Of a stretch of 64,000 nt of DNA, positions 58,461-64,000 are shown piece after piece. The stretch is taken from sequence record MH791411.1. One strand, written 5' to 3'. The position numbers and the translations under genes are program-made. Within the stretch, counting starts at the first letter, position 1, and every line of letters begins with the position of its first letter. A model generated the notes under the pieces. That model saw only the letters and a program-made list of their open reading frames with translations. It ran no database searches and was not told the origin of the DNA.

Positions 58461-58826
58461 TTAAAGTTCACAATGAATATTCAATTTATCAATATCCTGA
58501 TCGCGTTTGTTCGACGAATCTTGATAAATGACTATGTAAATATCCCCATCCTTTGTCTTGGGGTCCACTATCAATATTACATTTGCTATTATACCAGCAT
58601 CTGATTTATATGTCGATACCTTTTTATTCCCAATCAAACTCTCGGCCCTGAAACGGTAAACCTCATTATCTACGACAATATTGTTTCCATTTTGTGGGTC
58701 ATTAGAAAGTACATGCCATGTTCCATCGTTTCCCATACAATCAAGGTAAGCAGGTACGGCTGTACTGAACCTTGAATAAAGCATGAATACTACAAACACC
58801 ATTATCATTCTTATATATTTTTTCAT
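58461..58826 (-). CDS. exported protein with signal peptide
   Basis: start at MKKYIR; LDC...IHC. Confidence 0.75.
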   Translation of the reverse strand: MKKYIRMIMVFVVFMLYSRFSTAVPAYLDCMGNDGTWHVLSNDPQNGNNIVVDNEVYRFRAESLIGNKKVSTYKSDAGIIANVILIVDPKTKDGDIYIVIYQDSSNKRDQDIDKLNIHCEL

Positions 58827-58904
58827 TATAACCTCTAACGAGCAATACTTCTGCACATATTATTTGTACAGAAGTATTTAATACTATTAGAGACTTTTTG
58901 AACG

Positions 58905-59231
58905 TTACTTCTTACTAGTTAGTTTATCTTTCAAGATATCAAACCAAATGGAAACTTTACCAGCAAACAATGCATTAGTAAACCACACAATACCAACAAT
59001 GTTCTCAACTAAATTCATAATTGAAACAAATGGTCCAATTGGTAATACAAAACTTACTAACCATGACAGTACTGAAATAAGTACTACAACGAAGAAGATT
59101 CGTACAATGGGTGAGTCTAACATAAACAACTCACGAAACTCATCACGCTCGGTTTCGTCTTTAATGAAGAATTCGAAAACCATAACCCATAACAGAATTA
59201 GAGCAGGAATTGAAATTAGAACTGATAACAT
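58905..59231 (-). CDS. 3-TM membrane protein
   Basis: hydrophobic 108 aa. Confidence 0.8.
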   Translation of the reverse strand: MLSVLISIPALILLWVMVFEFFIKDETERDEFRELFMLDSPIVRIFFVVVLISVLSWLVSFVLPIGPFVSIMNLVENIVGIVWFTNALFAGKVSIWFDILKDKLTSKK

Positions 59232-59289
59232 GTTTTATATCCTCAAGTTTAAGTGTTAAGTTTCAGACTACAAGAACCATTATACAGTA

Positions 59290-59532
59290 CTACAAACGTT
59301 TGTCAACAGGTTTTTCTTCAATAAGCATAAGATAACTGAAGACGAATAGTAATACAGATGCCATATCAATAACCGTAAAGCTCACGGGAATGATAATAGA
59401 CACTAGAATGAGTGCCACGTTTAGCAAGAATACAGTAGTGATATCCACCAGCTTTCGTTTAGTGGCTACTGCTACTAGTGTAGGGTAGAACATAAACAAT
59501 AATGCAACTACAAAACTCAATACTAGATACAT
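59290..59532 (-). CDS. T4 Imm-like membrane protein
   Basis: FYPTLVAVATKRK...VFLLN. Confidence 0.6.
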   Translation of the reverse strand: MYLVLSFVVALLFMFYPTLVAVATKRKLVDITTVFLLNVALILVSIIIPVSFTVIDMASVLLFVFSYLMLIEEKPVDKRL

Positions 59533-60185
59533 TTCTTTTTCACCTTAAGAAAATTATAACATAAAACAACCTCAACATCTGGCTCATCATACAAGTACTC
59601 AAAGCGTTCTTTACTACGCTTAGTACCGATGTACTCACCATTCTTATGCCAACGCCACCCACCACTCTCTGGTTGGTCAGACTTCAGTACTGGATGATAG
59701 CACATGACAATTTCTTCTGGACCTTCAATAAGGTTCTTGTACTTCGTCAAAATCTGTTCAAGCGTATCTGCTACACCATAAGACGAGTGCATAAGATAAG
59801 ACTCAGGACGTGGACGACCACTTGGTAGAATGTCATCAGTACTATTAAAGATAGCACGGAAGTCTTCTGACGTGTATAAACTTCCATCTTCATGGATCAT
59901 TGGATACTCATCTACTACATCATAATCAGTGAAGTGTTCAATCGCATGTCCTGGTCTGTAACCTGCGAGGATACCTGTATGTTTCGTCTGTACAATAGTC
60001 ATAACAGATGTACTATTGTTTACATTAGGATCATGAATTTCAGCCCAAAAAGGATGATGAGGATCAAATTTAGCATTAACTAAAGTACAATCACCAATGT
60101 AGTCGAAATTAGTTTCTTTAAAGTTCAAAGAAACACCACGCAATGCCCAATCAGGAGAAGTGATGAAATTAAGATTAACTAACAT
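59523..60185 (-). CDS. conserved phage hypothetical protein (YGVAD...GGWRWHKxGxYIG)
   Basis: 220 aa; motif recalled from uncharacterised phage proteins. Confidence 0.85.
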   Translation of the reverse strand: MLVNLNFITSPDWALRGVSLNFKETNFDYIGDCTLVNAKFDPHHPFWAEIHDPNVNNSTSVMTIVQTKHTGILAGYRPGHAIEHFTDYDVVDEYPMIHEDGSLYTSEDFRAIFNSTDDILPSGRPRPESYLMHSSYGVADTLEQILTKYKNLIEGPEEIVMCYHPVLKSDQPESGGWRWHKNGEYIGTKRSKERFEYLYDEPDVEVVLCYNFLKVKKKCI

Positions 60186-60219
60186 AGTATCCTCAGTTGC
60201 GGTTGTTTTGATACAGTTA

Positions 60220-60432
60220 TTATATCAAAGACGTGTCAATTTGTACAACATTTATTGTAACTATTTCGTACATAAAATCAATTGCATTGAACTCTGCATA
60301 CCACTCTACAATCTCACAAGCAGCATCAACTTGGTTTTTCGCATTAACACGTCTGGCATAGGTGCTGCTCATTTTGAATCTACCATATTCATAGACATTG
60401 TAGACACCATGACACCACCACATCTTAGTCAT
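60220..60432 (-). CDS. hypothetical protein
   Basis: start at MTKMWW, coupled to upstream stop. Confidence 0.65.
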   Translation of the reverse strand: MTKMWWCHGVYNVYEYGRFKMSSTYARRVNAKNQVDAACEIVEWYAEFNAIDFMYEIVTINVVQIDTSLI

Positions 60433-60643
60433 TAATGCTAGGCCATACAGTGAATTGTAAGTCTTGGTATTCAAATTTACCAATATCATTCTTCTTACGG
60501 AATGATTCTTCAACCTGAATTTCTGCGTCGTACTGACCATCGGCCTTTACTACGTACTTAAAATATTCTACATGTGAAAAACGATACCCTTCTCCGTCTT
60601 GCTTGGATACTTGTACTGACCCTTCAACTAGATATAAATTCAT
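60425..60643 (-). CDS. hypothetical protein
   Basis: 72 aa. Confidence 0.7.
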   Translation of the reverse strand: MNLYLVEGSVQVSKQDGEGYRFSHVEYFKYVVKADGQYDAEIQVEESFRKKNDIGKFEYQDLQFTVWPSIND

Positions 60644-60646
60644 TTG

Positions 60647-60868
60647 TCATTCTCCATCATATTCAGTGAGTATTACACTATGTACTGTTTCAATATAGCG
60701 TTGTGTTTTTGGTGTGTTGTACTTAGTTACTTCATCAAACAATTTAAATAGTGCATGTGTTGGACTTAATGCACGAACAAATACATCAATCTTCTGTACT
60801 TCTTTCTTATAACCACGTACATTATTAAACTCAGATACATGCTCATACACAATGTAGTAACGATTCAT
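60647..60868 (-). CDS. hypothetical protein
   Basis: 73 aa. Confidence 0.7.
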   Translation of the reverse strand: MNRYYIVYEHVSEFNNVRGYKKEVQKIDVFVRALSPTHALFKLFDEVTKYNTPKTQRYIETVHSVILTEYDGE

Positions 60869-61380
60869 ATATTAAGTAGTTCCATAAATTCATCGATCAA
60901 GGAAGTTCTAATGCACATAACAAATTCAAAATCAACATCGATAGTATCGAGTAGTTTGAACAACTTTGGTACATTTGGATCATTCAACTGGAAGTTATGA
61001 ATCAAGCTCTGTTGAAACACACTTTCTTCAGTACTGTAATCAATAACAAAATATTCAGCTACACCTGGAGGTGAATAAACATCATATAATATCTGACGTT
61101 TATTGTGTGTTTCTGAACCAGGACAATATATAAGTTCTATTTCATACGAACCTGCCGAGGATCTATCATAAAACACAATCTCAGTACTAGTTATTTCACT
61201 ACCATCACTTCTTTCATAAAAACATACATCGGCATATCGTTTACCATTGGGCTTCAAGATCTCATGAGTTGTTTTACCATAACATTTATCAGTTTCAATG
61301 TGTACTTTGCCTTGATATTCAGAACGTCTTACATCATTTCCACGATTAAACAATATGTTCAACAACTCATTAATATCCAT
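60865..61380 (-). CDS. hypothetical protein, EESVFQQS motif family
   Basis: 171 aa. Confidence 0.8.
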   Translation of the reverse strand: MDINELLNILFNRGNDVRRSEYQGKVHIETDKCYGKTTHEILKPNGKRYADVCFYERSDGSEITSTEIVFYDRSSAGSYEIELIYCPGSETHNKRQILYDVYSPPGVAEYFVIDYSTEESVFQQSLIHNFQLNDPNVPKLFKLLDTIDVDFEFVMCIRTSLIDEFMELLNI

Positions 61381-61580
61381 TATTTCGCCTCGATAACCTT
61401 AAGGTTAACAAAATCACCTTTTACTTTCATACATTTGAATTCAGTGCGTGTTTCATCACCACTATCACGAGGCCAATGAGTTGCAGAGTAGCACTGGTCT
61501 GGTGTTTTATATACACCTTCACCAATAGTACGAATGATTTCACCATTCGTGAGAACTACTGCAAGATATAAAGTAAACAT
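61380..61580 (-). CDS. small Cys-containing hypothetical protein
   Basis: start at MFTLYL. Confidence 0.65.
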   Translation of the reverse strand: MFTLYLAVVLTNGEIIRTIGEGVYKTPDQCYSATHWPRDSGDETRTEFKCMKVKGDFVNLKVIEAK

Positions 61581-61733
61581 GATATTCGCCTCAGAATAAT
61601 TTATTAATAATAATAGCACCTAACGCAAGAACTGCAATAATTACAGATACCCACATTACTGCATTCACTGTACCAGTTAGTTCTTTATCAAACTCCCTGC
61701 ACTTCTTACGGTACTCTTCCCACTCTTTGTTAT

Positions 61734-61949
61734 TCACACTGCCGCTCCTAATAGGTCGGTAGCTTTCTTCAGTACTACGTCAATTGTTTCCAGTACTGCA
61801 CCTTTGTGTTCAATTGATACAATATTATTATAAGTATCAAGGTCCAAGTACTCCATATATTCAGTTTTGAATACACGAACATCAGTACTGGTGATTTTAA
61901 GATCGCAACCTTTATCCCAAATAACCTGCATCATTTCATTGGTAGTCAT
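61734..61949 (-). CDS. hypothetical protein
   Basis: 71 aa. Confidence 0.7.
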   Translation of the reverse strand: MTTNEMMQVIWDKGCDLKITSTDVRVFKTEYMEYLDLDTYNNIVSIEHKGAVLETIDVVLKKATDLLGAAV

Positions 61950-62224
61950 TATTCAACCTTATCATAAACAAGTTTGTGTGTGCTTAGTACTTTGTTGAGA
62001 TGACCAGGGCATTCATATACATACAATCGCTCCTGACGTTTTTCCCAACCACCACAGATACGGCCTGATTGTGTACATACCTCATACTCGTTAATAAAAG
62101 ACTTACCTGTGAATGTACAATCCTGACGAACTAAGTCTTTTGCACTAAACCTGCCGTCATCATTACATGCTGTAAGAAACATTGTACAGAATACAAAGAC
62201 AACTGTCAATAGTTTTTTAATCAT
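61949..62224 (-). CDS. lipoprotein
   Basis: lipobox FLTAC. Confidence 0.8.
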   Translation of the reverse strand: MIKKLLTVVFVFCTMFLTACNDDGRFSAKDLVRQDCTFTGKSFINEYEVCTQSGRICGGWEKRQERLYVYECPGHLNKVLSTHKLVYDKVE

Positions 62225-62589
62225 TTAACATCACCCCAACGGAAACCTTTCATATAATTCAAATTCACCTCAACGAGTTCATGTGTTTTTGTACACCAAA
62301 TGGAGAGAGTTTTTGTAACATCACCAGGTTCAGATTCATAATTCACACAATAACCTTCAATGCGTAGAGTTTTGTTAGTCCATGACTCCCACTCAATCCA
62401 AATTTCATTTGGATAATAAACCATATCTTCGTTGAACGTATGGAATTGGTCCATTGGTAAGTGACCTTCAACTTCAATTACTTCAGCACTTCGTGCCAGT
62501 TTTTCAAGCTTGTACTTTATTTCAGCAAGAAATTCTTCATTATTCATACGAGTTAATAAATCTGTTGCACGGGTTGTATCAAGGCTCAT
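62221..62589 (-). CDS. hypothetical protein
   Basis: 122 aa. Confidence 0.75.
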   Translation of the reverse strand: MSLDTTRATDLLTRMNNEEFLAEIKYKLEKLARSAEVIEVEGHLPMDQFHTFNEDMVYYPNEIWIEWESWTNKTLRIEGYCVNYESEPGDVTKTLSIWCTKTHELVEVNLNYMKGFRWGDVK

Positions 62590-62837
62590 TGTTGTACTCC
62601 ATTAATCACTGAAGTATTGATTCGTGTTTTACCGCTGCTGTATCCAGTACTGGTATTTGCATTAGGGCAATAAACTGTATACAAGGTTACACCAGCACCG
62701 TCCTTTTGCATACGATAAATCTTACATCCTGCTTCTTGTAATTCAATAGGGAGAATAAAATCACTTGTGCGTTCTTTTGTTGAAGCGTCACATGCAGTGA
62801 GTAAAAATGCAACGAGTACTGCTACGATATATTTCAT
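62586..62837 (-). CDS. lipoprotein
   Basis: lipobox LLTAC. Confidence 0.8.
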   Translation of the reverse strand: MKYIVAVLVAFLLTACDASTKERTSDFILPIELQEAGCKIYRMQKDGAGVTLYTVYCPNANTSTGYSSGKTRINTSVINGVQQ

Positions 62838-63145
62838 TAACGAACCTCCACTTCTTGAGAAAGAGCATGAGTCAGTGCATTTGAATTCGAACTATTCATT
62901 TCACGCTGACATACAAACATAATGGCATCTTGTACTGAACCTGCGATTTCATACTCACGACCTTCTGGATCAGTTACCAGATGTTCAACGATACAACCAC
63001 CACGCAGTACAGAAGCACCAGTACTTACACTAATCCTGTAACCTAAAAAATCAAACTGCATACATGCGTCAGTAGGTTTCATCCAATAACCGCTGTTTTG
63101 GTTCAAATCGATGATTACAAAACCTTGAGTGTTAGTTTGAAACAT
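62837..63145 (-). CDS. hypothetical protein
   Basis: 102 aa, GAGGA RBS. Confidence 0.75.
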   Translation of the reverse strand: MFQTNTQGFVIIDLNQNSGYWMKPTDACMQFDFLGYRISVSTGASVLRGGCIVEHLVTDPEGREYEIAGSVQDAIMFVCQREMNSSNSNALTHALSQEVEVR

Positions 63146-63363
63146 AGTTAATTCCTCATTTAATTTAAAAGGGTGGAAACGCAGTGACGAGTACGATTAT
63201 GCTGTCTTTCCTTTCACTGCATTCCCTTTTATATAAAACATAATACAGTACTGATATCTTATGTCAAGTATTAATCACCAAAAATCATCAGATACCCAAA
63301 CCAACCCACACAGACGACTAAGCTAACAATACCAAAGACAATCTCTAAAGTCATGTTGCATCC

Positions 63364-63564
63364 TTAATCAATGATTTTATATTCACGATGACCATAGAAT
63401 CCAGCCTCAAGGATGCGATTACCATCAGCATCTTCCAAATCCCACCCACGGGATGTTTCGGCAATAATAGTCATGATGTGACCTCTTGGGAAAATTCCAC
63501 TCAAGGTGGATACATCCTCAAGTAATTGAACCTTCTTACCAACATTTGTATTTGATTTAAACAT
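63364..63564 (-). CDS. hypothetical protein
   Basis: 66 aa. Confidence 0.75.
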   Translation of the reverse strand: MFKSNTNVGKKVQLLEDVSTLSGIFPRGHIMTIIAETSRGWDLEDADGNRILEAGFYGHREYKIID

Positions 63565-63573
63565 ACTTTACCC

Positions 63574-63756
63574 TTATTCGTTGATTACGTCAAGTACTTT
63601 GTCCAGTTTCTTACCAATACTATCCTTTGGTTTCTCACCATTCTGGAATACATTAGTACTGCAATACTCAGGACGGGTATTAGGGAACTTCTCGTTCATC
63701 CAGGAGTGACCATATACACCAAGAATGATACCTACGATAAGAATGATGATTTGCAT
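63574..63756 (-). CDS. small membrane-anchored protein
   Basis: N-terminal TM. Confidence 0.7.
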   Translation of the reverse strand: MQIIILIVGIILGVYGHSWMNEKFPNTRPEYCSTNVFQNGEKPKDSIGKKLDKVLDVINE

Positions 63757-63770
63757 GATATATCCTCTAA

Positions 63771-63980
63771 TTAAATTACATATGGTTTATAGTAATGAAT
63801 CTCGTTTGATATTACAGCGAAGACTTTGTTATTAAATCTTTCACCATAATCACGAAGAGATTCACCTTCTTCGCTTTCAATAAAGTAATTATATACTGGT
63901 AGACGTGCGGTGTCAACACCTACAAATGATTTCATGTAAATTTGTACTAAACGATTCATTCCTTCATTTAAGCATTGCAC
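63771..63980 (-). CDS. hypothetical protein
   Basis: 69 aa; start uncertain. Confidence 0.65.
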   Translation of the reverse strand: MQCLNEGMNRLVQIYMKSFVGVDTARLPVYNYFIESEEGESLRDYGERFNNKVFAVISNEIHYYKPYVI

Positions 63981-64000
63981 CTCAAAGTGCTTGATACCTT

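Overview
An AT-rich (roughly 35% GC by eye) segment of a lytic jumbo phage of enterobacteria, most consistent with the Rak2/GAP32/PBECO4/CBB-like group. That assignment rests on recalled gene content and T4-type TATAAATA late promoters and was not searched. No core replication, capsid, tRNA or CRISPR loci are visible; the window is almost all accessory DNA. (1) 1-17.7 kb is a leftward early/host-takeover region. About 50 small genes are mostly driven by their own sigma70 promoter with a 5' GGGGAGAA..TTCTCCCC hairpin. It includes a kinase-like protein, a GNAT, a TraR/DksA zinc finger and an H-NS-like protein, plus at least two families of promoter-driven, covarying non-coding RNA elements. (2) 17.7-19.6 kb is repeat-rich non-coding DNA, a candidate genome terminus or origin. 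(3) 19.6-24.3 kb is an apparent operon of 20 paralogous 57-75 aa proteins. (4) 24.3-39.6 kb holds 12 RCC1-like beta-propeller genes with a shared MLPFxRxxxYGN leader, most in a late-promoter/terminator cassette; one is frameshifted. (5) 39.6-64 kb contains leftward accessory genes: a paralogous membrane-protein family, an AAA ATPase, a putative homing endonuclease, denV, a minimal kinase, Imm-like proteins, exported Cys...Cys proteins and two late acidic proteins. The palindrome AGTACT (extended TTCAGTACTGAA) is strongly over-represented throughout.
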